Of a stretch of 64,000 bases of DNA, positions 23,906-38,534 are shown piece after piece. Made by a program: the position numbers and the translations under genes. Numbering within the stretch: the stretch's first letter is position 1; each line of letters starts with the position of its first letter. The stretch lies in NCBI GenBank assembly GCA_951406725.2, contig OX597822.1, forward strand, positions 21,762,001-21,826,000, in the 5' to 3' direction. The notes beneath the pieces are model-generated. The model was not told where the DNA came from. It saw nothing but the letters and a program-made list of their open reading frames with translations, and did not search any database. Source of the stretch: Octopus vulgaris. Its lineage: Eukaryota.

Positions 23906-26900
23906 AGCATAACATGGGCTGAGTGGTGTGCAAAACGTTCCCATTGCAACCCCAAGATTCTGAGTTTGATCCTATTTCATGACATCATGTGTGAGTGTCA
24001 TAATCAAGGTATCAGTTGACCCTTTAAGGTCAACTGATACCTTGTGACTGAAAGTGGAATCTGTATAGAAGTCCACCAAATGGATTGTATTTGTGATTCA
24101 AGTCTACATCCTTGTCAAACACTGTGTCACTCTGATTCAACAAGAGAATTCCATGAAAGTTACATGAAACTATGGTATACTTAACCAGCACATTAATTCA
24201 GGAACAGTTTACATCAGCTAATTTCATTTGCAAAGCATTGGCTGACCTGAAGCTACAGTAGAAAGCATTTACTTAAGATGCTGTAGAGTGAGACAGAACA
24301 CTAGACTACAAGTTAACAAAGTGAACAGCATATTCATGCACCAATGCCTGTTCGTACACATATGCACACATGTCATCTATATGTGTATATATGTGTGTAT
24401 GTGTGTGTGTGTGCGTTTGTGTGTGTTTGTATGTATATAAGTATATTTGTGCATGTATATTTATATCCACACAGTGATATACACTTGTGTGTGCGCATGT
24501 GCATATATTTTTTAGGTGATTACCACAGTCCCTCCAATACACTTCATTGTATCTGAGGAGAAAATAAATTGATTTCTGAAAATTCTATGTCCATTGACAA
24601 TAAAAACTATCAAAGGAGATGAATTTGGCTCCTTTTGATGGTGTAATGAATCCGTTTAAATTACATCAGGGATATATTGTTTGCTCTACCCACTCTCCAT
24701 TCTTTTCACCAACACAAAAGTGTTTTGGAATGTTTCCTCCACCCAAGTCAAAATACTATTCTCTGTTGTCAGTTTAATCAAATTTGCTTTTTTTCCCCCT
24801 TGCCATTCATTTCTATTTCAAAGCCCTCCCTCTCTTATTTATTTTCCAGTAAGCACTGTTGGTCTTTTATCTCTGTAAAATTAACCCCTCAGACAAAATA
24901 ATCTCCTTTTTGAAACAATTTTTTAAAATCTCTTTGCTTTGTGCTATTTTGTTTATTTTAGATAATGCCCGATATCAATACTGTTTTATTGAAGTATCAT
25001 ACTAATCCTTTATCTTGCTTCCACATCCACTCTTTTATCCCCGCCTTTTTTTTTTAATAAATTCCTCCCCTAAGATTATATGAAACTAATATTGTAGACT
25101 CCGATAAAGGCGGGTTTCATGATTTTGTTTCACCCTCTGCTTAATGTTCTGTCAATTTGTGCTTCATTTTATTACAACTACCACTCTAAGTTTATGACAA
25201 ACGTCACTTAAGTTTATGATAATCTTTACTTTACTTTATAGCAAATGCCTTTTAAATATATTTCAAATTCTACTCATATTTCACACTGCTTTATTTCCAT
25301 TTTCTTCTATTCGACTTGCTTCCTTTTCCTAAATTTTATGTCCAGTATCTTGTATTTCATTTTTTCATAATTTGTTATATTCACCATGTTTTTACCTGCA
25401 CAGATCCACTTTCAAATTTCAGAAATGCCATGAAAGGATGATTTCTATAGTTATTGTAAACTTTAATTCTTGTATCTGAATGATGTGCTACTTGAATGGC
25501 TAATGTACCATTTTACAGACATGATCAGTTATGCACATTAAAACTAATGCATATACGTTGCGTCATACTACCTCCTAACACCACTTTTCTACCACAGATA
25601 TAATTATCAACTCTTTATTATTTCTTACATTTCAACATAATGGAATATTCTTCTAGCTGGTCTTCAGTCATATTTAGCTCAATATACGCATTGTTTTTAT
25701 TATTTTTTATCCTATTACTTGTTTCTCTCATTGCACTGAGACAATGCTGAAGCACTGAGTTCAAGGGTTGCAGGAAATTGTATCAAACCCTTATTTCAAT
25801 CTGGCATTTATTTTGTTAACCTTTATTTATTGAATGGTTATGTTACCCCATTTTTTACTGACATAAAAGGCTGCAAACCCTGGTTCGCATATCCTAGCTA
25901 TAAAAACATGCAGTCATACATATGCACATGTAATACAGGGTGCCCCCAAAAACCTCCTATATATCACAGGCTGACAAACATTTCAACAGCAAACACATGG
26001 GGTACACCACTCCAAACCCTGATTGTAACTAAATTACACCATTATCATTTGCCTGACTTCCCTAGCACCATATCTACAGCTGTTTTAAATACAAGGGGTT
26101 TTCTCTTATACTCAGTATGTGTGTGTGAGTGTATATTATATATAGACATACATACAACATCATAATCATCATTTTATGTCTGTTTTCCATGTTAGCATAG
26201 GTTGGATGTTTGACAAGGTCCAAAGGATCAATTTTGACAAGATTTCTGTGGTTTATGCCCTTCTTAATAGAATGCACAAATACACTTTATAGAGTGTATT
26301 TGTGCATTTTCATGGTTCCATCACTCATTAGTTTGGCTTGTAACCTGCAAGACTAAAGAGGCCCTTGAGGATAGGAGACAAGGTGGTTGATTTAAGCAAT
26401 GTGTTAAAGTTTTATAGGAGATCAGTAAAACATTCACTTTGTGTGGTGAAAATTCATATTTGCCTTTCATTTTACATACGTTGATAGTGGAAGCTAGTGC
26501 AGTGCTCAAACAGAGGTTAATATGGGGATGACAAAGTTTCAGAATGCATCATAATGTTAACAAGTCTAAGAAGTGTATAGAAGAGAGTCCTGGGACAGAA
26601 GAACCCAGGAGAATGGTAGGATAGGTTGTAAAAGTGTTGAAAGAGAGTGAAGTAAATATAAACATTTAGTGCAGGAGGCCAGATTTGTATAAGGAATGAA
26701 TGTTGTGAATAGTGAACAGGAGCAGGAAGTGAATATGAGTGGGGTCAGTATGAATGTGGACTGGATCAGTTTCCTTCTGATCAAACAAAAGAAAAAGGTA
26801 CTACACAGTAAGATCAATCCTGAAACTATGTAGTTATGTATGGAAATTCTAAACCACATAGCTATATCAGCACTCAATATTTGTATTCAAATACTTTACC

Positions 26901-27646
26901 TAACACTTGTTATCTGATGATTTGTATTCAATGCCTTCAGGAGCCAATAACATCAGTCACTGCCTTTCAAAACAAAATCAACTTCTTGTTGCTTCCCAAT
27001 GCTTCTGGCTGCCACTCTTTGTGTTTTTTACTTTAAGGCAACTGCAGTATGCCATACTCATAGTTATTTCTTCATTAAGGTACTATACTTATTACAAATG
27101 ATAAAATCTGAAACTTACATAATCTTTGGCTATTCATTTGTTGTCTCTTCTTTTCACATTTAAATCTATGTGACCTACTACTAGAAACACACAAAGAATC
27201 AGTGAAACATGTATTACATATACTTCTAATGGGTATATTATTCTGCTTGCTAAAAAATACATATATATTTATTTGTACACATTCAGTGTATAATAACGAA
27301 AACTTGCGCTAATGATAGTTCTGTTATGTGTTTGCAAATGTTAGTCAATTTTCATAAGAAACTGAGATGTTTGATAAAATAATAAAACACTTTTAGTAAG
27401 ATGATGATGATGGGAATATAACTTAAGTAAAAATTGGATCTTTTGTAAAATTATAAAGAAAGGTTTTAATTTCAATGTAAATACTTTTAAAACTGGACTT
27501 TTTGTATTAAAGAATCTGTTTTTTTATGTTAGTGTAGACTGGACAGCGGCAACAATTTATGTCCATATGCTCTTCATTTGTCTACCTTTACCAGTTTTTA
27601 TGATAAGGGAATTTTTTAATCAAACACTCATACATAAACACATATA

Positions 27647-28104
27647 CATCATCATCATCATCATCATCATTTAATGTCCGTTTTCTGTGCTAGCGGTTGG
27701 ACGGTTTGACCGGGGTCTGGGAAGCCAGGAGGCTTCACCAGATTCCAGTCTGATCTGGCAATGTTTCTAAAGCTGGATGCCCTTCCTAATGCCAACCACT
27801 TTGTGAGTGTAGTGGGTGCTTTTTACGTGCCAGGGGAGGCTGGCAGCAGCCATGATCGATTGGTGCTTTTTACATGCCACTGGCACAGAAGCCAGTCAAG
27901 GTGTCGCTGACATCGGACACGTTTGGATGGTGCTTTTTACGTGCCACCGGCACAGGTATCACAACTGCAATTTCCATTTTATATTTATTTTGATGTTGAT
28001 GTACTTGACTCAATAGGTCTCCTCAAGCACAGCAGGTCACACTACGATCCAAGGTAAGCACAGCAGGTCATTCTGCAATCCAAGGTACTTTGGATGGGCT
28101 GGGG

Positions 28105-28105
<1 letters not shown>
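27647..28105 (-). mobile_element. RTE LINE 3' UTR copy
   Basis: (CAT)n tail and the same UTR/minisatellite as 2152-2580. Confidence 0.75.
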
Positions 28106-29135
<1,030 letters not shown>

Positions 29136-29531
29136 CTAGCAGTATCGCCCGGCGTTGCTCAGGTTTGTAAGGGAAATAACTATATAAGCATTTTTAGAGA
29201 TGTAAAGTATAATAGCCATCTCAATATGGCTAACCACAAAGGGGAGGTGTTACTGTAGCTTTTTACGTTCTGAGATTTAATAATAAATTTTTAGAGAGTT
29301 ACTTCCCTTATATATACCAAAAATGCATTAAAAATGGGAAAAATTTATGGTAAATTTTTTTTTAAATCGTAGACTCATTGTAGACGCGCGCTAATACCCA
29401 GAAGGGCTCGATATGAATCACGACTATAAGATACCCTGTTTTGGTTAAACTACACCGCAAAATTTGGGAGTAGTTAGGAATCTAAATCGTAGGAGACAGA
29501 CAGCACACAACCTTACTTTTATATATAAAGA
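29136..29531 (-). mobile_element. Non-autonomous Helitron
   Basis: Minus strand starts A|TCTTTATATATAAAAG and ends with hairpin cctgagcaacgccggg then CTAG|T. Confidence 0.8.
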
Positions 29532-29551
29532 TATATATATATATATACATG

Positions 29552-29605
<54 letters not shown>

Positions 29606-30699
29606 GAGAGAGAGAGTTCTACTCTGCTTGCATTAACACACCAATACATACATACATACATACGTACATACACACACATGTACAATGGGCTTCCATTACA
29701 GTTTTCCATCAATAATTCTACTGAAAAAGTATTGGTCAGTCTGTGGCAATAGTAGAAGCTACATGCATGGTGCTGTGCAGTGGAACTGAACCTGACACTA
29801 TAGGGTTGCAAAACGATCTTTTCCTAACTGCACAGCCATGCCTACACCTAGCATCAAGAAGATTAATCATTTGAATCAATTTTATTACTTTCAGACAGCT
29901 GAGTCTCTGATCTTCTTTTGATTTCTTACTAAAGTTTTTTACTTCCATTGCATTGATAATACCTGTTGAAAAGTAACAATATTCCTATTTCCCAATTGCC
30001 TTTCCCTTACAAACCTGTCATTCTCACAAAAAAAAAATGGCAAAAAAAAAAGAAGAGACAAAAAATGCCTAGAAACATCACTTAGCCAAAGTGAAGGACA
30101 GGCATTACATTCACTTCATGGTTGAATGGTTTATGTTAAAAGAAAGACCATTCTATGGTGAGGCATTATATATATAGTAATTTATATAAATTGCTTAAAT
30201 TTGCAATAAAATCTAAGTGTGGTTCACAAGACAAACATGCATAAAGTTATTGATATAAATTTGAAGTTGGGGAGTTCAGCTGATGACCATAAAATCATGG
30301 GTTCAGTCCCAATCCCAAGCAGCACATTGTGTCTTTGAGCAAGACACTTTGTTTCACATTGCTACAGTTTACTTAAGCGTAATGAATACCAGCAAGATGC
30401 TGGTGTAATCATTCTCTCACTATCTAAAACAATCTGAGTATTCACTGGATCAAGAGTGAGGGGTCCAGGAAGATGTCTGCTTCTTAACTAAAAAGACATC
30501 TAAAAAGAATTAGTGAAAGCAAGGTACGTGCTACCAAGTCATACTCACTTGCAAGTGATGATTAGCTGCACATAAGCTGAAATGGGAAATATCAAATGAT
30601 TGTGGAATGGAGCCAGAGTTTTGAATAAATTATTCTACTAGGTATTGAGTCCTTTCTTTTACTTTTATATCCAATTATATATATATATATAATCATTGT

Positions 30700-32245
30700 C
30701 ATTATAGAGTTTGATAGTTCTCATATTAGCTTAAACCTTATGCAACTGTATTTGCAATAGATTACGCTGTTCATGTGTTTCAATTAATTTTTAAAATAAT
30801 TAACAATTTGGAGGCTTAAGATCTTCATTACTGAAGCGTTGTATGCAATGTAACTTATCAAAATGAAGGTTGGTTGCCAACTCTGCTCCATGGAGACATA
30901 TGAAATTCTAAGGCATAGAAAAAATAGGAATTTGTTAAATAACCGTATAGAATTGGGTCCATCTTGTATTCACGCAAAAATTAAGACTCTAAAATATTTT
31001 AAATAAAAATCGTATAGAATAATCGTATGGAGCTAGGTCTATCTTGCTTTTACGAATAAAGCAAAACTCTAATATATTTTAAATAGATATCTGCGAGCTC
31101 TTACACTGTGGTTCTTTCTTTCTAAATGTACCTGGTTTGGAACACAAAGAAATAAATAGTATTTGTACGTTACCAAAAATTTTAATTGACTATATAGTTA
31201 ATTTAATTTAATCTAATTTTAATCTAATTTAAGTAACCCAACTTAGATCAAATAAGTTGCTAATACTTCTTAATTCTATTATAAGTTTAAATAAGTAATG
31301 CTACTCCCTTAATAATAGTATAAAGAATTTTCACTATGATTTTCACTATTTTTTTGAATAAGCAATACTCTCACACCTTTTACTATAGAAATTAATTGAC
31401 CTCTAGGTATAGACCTAAAGTCTGTCTTTGTATAAATAGTAACAATAATAAATAAATAAATTAAATGACCTCCTTTCTAGTATTGCACTTAAATCTCTTA
31501 ATGTATTTTCCTCTATTGATAGCCTTTGACCCCTTTATTACTTTCCCTTGTTCTTTATATTCTTATATCTGCTTTAAATCTGTAGGATTGGCAATTAACA
31601 GCTGTGTGCTGGCCAAAAGTAATGTTTTCTTTTATAAATCTCAGATTCCTGCAAATCTAACCTAGATTTTCTGTCACCACAGAAATAGACTATTCTGTGT
31701 AGGTTGTGTACTTACACCCCTTTCATCTCAGTTGTCCCATAATGCTCTATTTGGACGGTTTTTCTGCTCCACTAAATTCTTTTAGCCATTATGATTCTAA
31801 CATAGTAGTTTTGTGAAATGAACAGAAGTGTGATCGGCATCTTCTCATATATCAGGAAATTATACCCACTTTATTATGGATAAATTCATTGTCTCTGAGT
31901 ATGAAATATCTCCTCATATCTCCGGAAATTATACCTACATTATTATGGATGGATTTACTTTTTCTATGAAGCTAACAAGCTTTTTTAAAACCTTTTATAA
32001 AACTGTGCATCATTAGAGAACTTTGGAAGTCTGCTTTCAATTTAAATTTGCTTTTTATAGAACTCTCTTCGATACTTCATGAGTGTAGCCTCACACCCTA
32101 GGATGTTTGGAAAACTCATATGTGTTTTGGCTGATGAGTATGGGACACTTGTATTTGCTGCAATATTTGCAGCTTTTAATAAAGCTGTTCTTCATATGAA
32201 ACAATTGTACTGAAAAACTAATCCATTCTTGTTGCTTTTTTCTTG

Positions 32246-32246
<1 letters not shown>
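30700..32246 (+). mobile_element. Probable highly decayed Naiad-type PLE 3' portion ending in an HHR and (TA)n
   Basis: Weak remnants YSYICF, CVLAKSNVFFYKS and KLCIIRE...NLLFIELSSILHEC (cf. CxLCxxEK...LLNKRSELxxxCRH), followed by an HHR. Left boundary uncertain. Confidence 0.45.
32125..32216 (+). ncRNA. Type I hammerhead ribozyme motif
   Basis: ttttgg CTGATGA gtatggg...ttcatat GAA ACAATTGT A ctgaaa. Stems pair with G-U wobbles; stem III is palindromic. Confidence 0.75.
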
Positions 32247-32284
<38 letters not shown>

Positions 32285-32574
32285 AGGTGCAACTGGCCCA
32301 GTGGTTAGGGCAGCGGACTCGCGGCCATAGGATCGTGGTTTCGATTCCCGGACCGGGCGTTGTGAGTGTCTATTGAACGAAAAACACCTAAAAAGCTCCA
32401 TGATGCTCCGGCAGGGGGTGGTGATCCCTGCTGTATTCTTTCACCATTCTTTCTCCTGTTGGCCTGGTTGCTTAGCCAGAGGGATGGCATCATTCAAAGG
32501 CTAAAACAATGCAAACGCATTGTGACCAGCGATATATAACAACATCTGATGGTCTGGTCGGTCATGTGATTACA

Positions 32575-32578
<4 letters not shown>
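32285..32578 (+). mobile_element. tRNA-derived SINE (second family)
   Basis: Homologous to 18378-18686. Confidence 0.85.
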
Positions 32579-32630
<52 letters not shown>

Positions 32631-33841
32631 ATACATATATATATATAAAGATTATGTTAGATAGTTTTAATATAAATATTAGCCATTTAAAAGAAGCAGT
32701 TTCGTAAAATAGAACTATAAATAATCATAGGTGGGTTGGTCCAAAAGAGTTTAAGAAGCTAGCATGCAGCAAACATAGGTACATCTTGAGTTTTTGACTA
32801 TGAGGTGGTTGACCAAAGTCTTTGTCCTCAGGCAGTATCTCTTGGGAAAATCAGACTGATGAATCCCATACCACTCCAATGGAGTTGGATTCAATACTAT
32901 AAGCCAACACATCTCTCTTGAATTTTATAATATTCCTGTTATTACAATATTACAATATTTAGAACAGTTTGCTGTTCCAATCCTATGTAACATAGAATGT
33001 CACAAATTAGCAAGGACCATACTTCATGTCATTATTTCTAGTAAGAAAGACATGTGCAACAAATCACCTCATTTCTCTTTCTACATACATCTCAGGTTGT
33101 GTAATTATGTGAAGAATTCATATTTGATAAGTCATGCTATTCCCTCTGGCTGGATGACCATCGTAATGCTAATCACAACAGTTGCATTGGAGGTGTCTAA
33201 ATATTATGACACATATCAGTGAGACGTTCCCAAACATTTTCCTACTCAACTGTTCTTCATTGATTTTAGTTAATTATTGCCCCACTTCTTAATTGAGATT
33301 CTTACTTACATATACGTTTGTGTGTACATACATGTATATACATACATACACACATGAACACACATACATACATACACACACACACTGCAAACAAAACACA
33401 TACACTACATATACATACACGCACACACACATACTTCAAACTACCAGTACCTTCTACTGACCATTGTCCTACACACATGTGTAGGTAGACATACATCAGG
33501 CAGCCACTCCTACCAAAATTCTTACTATAAATTTTTCCTATGACCTTAAAGGATACTAAGCCCAACCACACACATAGATAAACAGCCACAATCACACACA
33601 CACACGTGCTATCATTACACACACACGTGCAATCATTACACACACACACACGTACTATCATTACACACACACACATACACAGACCTGTGCGCATGCACAT
33701 ACCCACACATACACACACATACCTCCTCTTGTACTTTTTCTTCACCCATTCCCTTCCAGTCATTTCAATATGTGACCGTGTGGGTATCATTAGCGATTTT
33801 CTTTCTCTGTCCTCCCTTCCTTGGACCTTCCCTTTTTCTAT

Positions 33842-33876
33842 GTTTCTGACGAAGAGTTCCGCTCGAAACGTTAAAT
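33842..33876 (+). ncRNA. Minimal type I hammerhead
   Basis: gttt CTGACGA a gagt tcc gctc GAA ACGT T aaat. Located 93 nt upstream of (TA)n. Confidence 0.7.
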
Positions 33877-33964
33877 CCTCCTTCTTTCCTTTCCTGAGCG
33901 TCCAATAACACTATACTTATTCCATGTCCTCACGTTGTTGTTTTCTCTTTGCTCATGTTTGGAT

Positions 33965-34005
<41 letters not shown>

Positions 34006-34034
34006 GCATATGTGTGTGTATATATGCACATATA

Positions 34035-34662
34035 CGAGGGACATTCCAGAAATTTTGAGATTTTTCAGGGTGTCATTTACTAATTTCCAACAAGTGCAAA
34101 ACTAATCTTCTTAAAAGTAGGATCCTCTGACTTGAATACGTTTCTTGTAGCACACCAGCTACTTTGTGAAGGCTCTATGGAAGTCTTCCAAATTGAAGCT
34201 GTCCGGGAACAGTGTCACAGCCTCCCTAATCTTCAAAACAACTGTCCCTGAGGTTCGTCTTCAGCTTGGAGAACAACTAAAAGTTAGAGGGAGCAAGGTG
34301 TGGACTGAGAGTAGGAGACAGTTTTGACGTCTTGTAGTTGGATACCAGGATGCTTGTCACTGTGCACCCTGGGAACAAGATTTGTGCAAATTTTGTGCAA
34401 GTTCAAATCTTCACAAATAATTCTGTGCACAGTTGCCACACCAACTCTAAACTGTATGCTTTTTGTCTTTAGAGACATTCACTGGTCTTCATCCAGAAAC
34501 CTGCAAATTTTCTCAACTACCTCAGATGTTTTGATGTCTCTATCCCTCCCACATCCCTCATCATTTCTGACCTCCTTTCTACTAAACTTGAACCCCTTGT
34601 ACCTGTGAAAAAGTTTTTCTATAAGCAGTCTAGAGCATTTACAGTGTAAAATGCATTTTTTC
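34035..34662 (-). mobile_element. Internally deleted mariner remnant
   Basis: TA-CGAGGG terminus. Remnants EVRNDEGCGR, TVHRIICEDLNLHKICTNLVPR (WVPR motif) and a decayed YSPDLAP. Confidence 0.75.
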
Positions 34663-34848
34663 AATCAATGTATCCCTCTTTATTTGTTCTCTACTTATTA
34701 TTTCTTTAACTCTTCTCTTTCTAATATCTGCCTTTGACGTTGAATCTACTAAGGGTTTTTTTTTTTAAATACTTAATAACGTTCAGTTTATCATTTATGC
34801 AGCTATCGTAATTGTTATAATGTCTTGTTGTTGAGATAGGCTCTCTTT

Positions 34849-34931
34849 CTTTCCTGATGAGAAGATTGCATTTTACACCATTTAATCCTTTGGAATAAAA
34901 TCAATGTTGTCTTCGAAACATATGTCGAAAG
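34849..34931 (+). ncRNA. Type I hammerhead ribozyme, fully canonical (GUC)
   Basis: ctttc CTGATGA gaaga...tcttc GAA ACATATGT C gaaag. Predicted cleavage after C34926. Confidence 0.88.
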
Positions 34932-34961
34932 TAAAAGAATTTTAATAACATCTTCGTTCAA

Positions 34962-36065
34962 CTAGGGATAGATGAGTGGTTGGTGAGATCTATACAAATC
35001 ATGTACAGGGACACTACCAGTAAAGTGAGGGTTGGCAATGAGTACAGCGAAAAATTCAGGGTACGAGTTGGGGTTCACCATGCATCAGTGCTCAGCCCCT
35101 TCTTGTTCATCATAATCCTCCAGGCAATAACAGAGGAATTTAAGACAGGTTGCTCCCGGGAGCTCCTCTATTCTATTGACCAGGTATGGAAGTTCCAGGA
35201 ATCAAAGGGCCTTGCAGTTAATCTAGCAAAATCCAAAGTCTTAGCAAGCAGGAAGGCAGAAGAATCACAAATCCCTTCAGGTAGACAGCCCTACTCAATC
35301 TGTGGAAAAGGCATATGTAGAAACTCCATAAAACGTACCCAGTGTAAGCTTTGGATGCATAAGAGTTGCAGCAATAGAGTAAAGTTTACAGCGAAAATAG
35401 ATTTTGTGTATGGAAGATGCACAGGTACAATAAACACCGAAAATGTACAGAAAATAGATTCCATCAACTGCCAGGTGGGTAAGATAGAGGTAGTAGATAG
35501 CTTCCATTATCTAGGTGACCAAGTTAAAAGTGGAAGTGGTTGCTCCGAGAGCATAGCTGTGTGAATATGAATAGGCTGGGCAAAGTTCATAGAGCTCTTA
35601 CCTCTGCTGGCAGCAAAGGGCCTCTCCCTCAGAGTGAAAGGCAGATTGTATGATGCCTGTGCATGAACATTTATCATGGCAGTGAAACATGGGCTGTGAC
35701 AGATCAGGACATGTGTAGGCTTGAAAGAAATGAAGCCAGTATGCTTCACTGGATCTGCAATTTCAGTGTGCATGTTTGACAGAGTGTAAGCATCTTGAGA
35801 GAAAAGTTGGGCATAAAAGGTGTTGGATGTGGTGTGCAAAAGAGACAACTGCACTGGTATAGTCATGGGATGTGTATGAACGAGGACAGCTGTGTAAAGA
35901 AGTGCCAGTCTCAAACTGTAGAGGGAATGTGTGGTAGAGGTAGACCCAGGAAGATGTGGGATGAGGTGGTGAGGCATGATCTTCAAACTTTAGGCTTCAC
36001 AGAGGCAATGACTAGTGACCAAGACCTTTGGCAATATGCTGTGCTTAAGAAGACTTGTCAAGCCA
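34962..36065 (+). mobile_element. RTE LINE 3' fragment (RT with PHD-like insert)
   Basis: FRVRVGVHHASVLSPFLF...ELLYSID; YSICGKGICRNSIKRTQCKLWMHKSC; VDSFHYLG; HGSETW; GRGRPRKMW. Confidence 0.9.
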
Positions 36066-37281
36066 CATGGTCTCACGTTGAGTCTCACTGCATGGCACCT
36101 TGAACAAAATTTTTTTACAGCCCTGGGTCCACCAAAGTCTTGTGAATGGATTCAGTAGATGGGAAATGTAAGACATGTATATACATGAATCTATATGTGT
36201 CTGTGTGGTACTGTTTCCATGTTCTTATTTCATATAATAGTTGCAAAATGAAAGTTGTTGCATGCAAGTAGTGTCTTTCATTTCCAGTTTTCCCGGAGAA
36301 CATATCTGATCATGGGGAATATTACCTGAAGTACTTAGAAACAGTTGAGAATTGGTGAGAGAGAAAGGGCAACTGAGCATAGGAAATATACTTCAACAGA
36401 TTCTGTCTGACCTGTGTAAGCATGGAAAAGTGGACAGTAAATGATGACCGTTTTGATAATCAGTAGAATTTTTTATCAATTTAATATGGTGGGCTATATA
36501 TATAAAACATTTTGCAAAGCTATATGATATTATATGACAGTTCTGTTAATAATTTCTTCAGACTAGTTACAAACGTAACACAATTGGAACCCAAATTTCC
36601 ACACAATAGAATTGAACCCAAAACAAATTTCTTAACCATAGAGCCATACAGGCAGACACACACGCACATACACATATGCACACGCACTTTCATTCATTCA
36701 TTTCGTTATTATCTACTTGATACAGAAGAATGAAGTAAAGCACTTTCCTAGGTATTGTTTGTAAAATTTTAAGAAATTCTAAAAGATATTTTTCTTTACA
36801 AGTTGCATATAAACATAGCATATCAAGAATGGCTGCAAAATATGTTAATTCCTATGAAGTTCATTGGTAGCTTGTTTTTAGTTTTAAGAAATATATTTCT
36901 TAGTACACTGTTCAGAAAGTATGAACTAAACAATTCGAAATCAAACCAAAATGGTAATAATATAAAGCAGAATGGGTAGGTGGTCAGGAGCATTTATTCT
37001 TTGCTGGTTTCTTTAATTCTTTCTCTAGGTTTATGGAAAACAAATTCTAAGAAGCCATAACTTACACTTCGAAGCAAACATAATAATACATCATACTTCT
37101 CTTGTATAATGTGTATATTTCATTGTGTGTGTATTTGTAAAAATTAGCGTTGTGAGGTTTTTTGTGTATACATTTAAAATTAAGTATTATATATAAATGC
37201 ATGCATATGTAAGTATATATCATGTATTTATGCATATACATATTTGTGTGTATGCACATATGTATGAATATGTGTGTGCAC

Positions 37282-37329
<48 letters not shown>

Positions 37330-38534
37330 ACAAATAGGGAGATAGATAAATAGATACCATGAATAATTGTGTATGTTCATAAGTACATTTATATATTCAC
37401 AAATATGTGAATCTATAATGTAAAAGCATGTACGTATGCATGTATACATATGTGCATACTAACATACATACACATTCTTAAACACAAACACACATATATT
37501 GCTGTGAAGTGAATACATTCTCAGAGATTACAGCTGACAGTCATACTTGTAATTTTCATTATGAAAGCACATTGTTTATTATATATGTGTGTGTGTGTGT
37601 ATGTATATATGTATATAACTTATACAGATGTGCACACACATATAACACATGCTTACATTTGGAGATATGTATGCTTAATCAATTATTTAATACGTTTGTG
37701 TGCTGCTATATTATGCCCTTAAGCATATTTCATCTACATCGATATTTCCCTAGCTCTACCTATATCAAACATACTGTCTGACTATTGTATAATTACCAAG
37801 TCAAATTCCTTTCTTTAGCCTTGCTTATGCTTAACATGCATCCATATTTTTTTTGCACATTTTTTTGTTAACTCCAAACTTTTCTGTTCATCTTCAATTT
37901 TCTTTTCACATTTCCTTTTAAGTCATTTCACTCATGTTTTCAAAGAGATTCTCATTTTTAACCTGAATTTCACTTGATTTTCATTGAAAAATAATAACCA
38001 CAGAAAATGAAATAAAGATAACAAAGGAAGTATGATACACCAAGCAAACAACAACAACCACACCATCTCTATTCTCAATTTCAACTTGTATTAACTTTTC
38101 GTTTTGTATTAGTTTCTAATCTTGAGAAACAGACCAAGTCCTAACAATGACAATCGTTTTTGCCTTATGGTAATAGGCAGACTAAGCTATGCACTAAATG
38201 ATCTTTCCACTGAGGTTTATTACAAATCTTCCTTTCAACTTTTCTGTTTTAATTTACTCTTTGCCCGTTTTAAGAATTTTAAGCAACTGATAAAGGGTAT
38301 ATGTGTCTGCAATAAGGCATTTTTGTGTACATAGTTTTCTTTGATTTCATTTCTTTTGTTCCATACTCTTCTTTTCTATTCTAGCCGCCTATTATTTAGG
38401 CAAAATGAAATTTGTATTTTTGTCTTCGTTAAAGAAGGAAGAAATAGTACTTTGATCAGTTTAAGAGCATTCTAAGTCCCAAGCTATGCATTTTGTTTAA
38501 GGATACTTGCTGTATCCAAAGTTTTAAGTCCTAA

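Noticed and set aside
24005-24044. Perfect 17-bp hairpin
   Set aside because: Lies in a decayed SINE; probably a small template-switch inversion, with no sign of function.
32075-32140. Possible SECIS (some Naiad PLEs encode selenoproteins)
   Set aside because: ATGA...TGAT is present but helix II does not pair. The Cys codons readable at 43738-43833 are TGC, and the copies are too decayed to interpret UGA. SECISearch on consensus sequences would decide.
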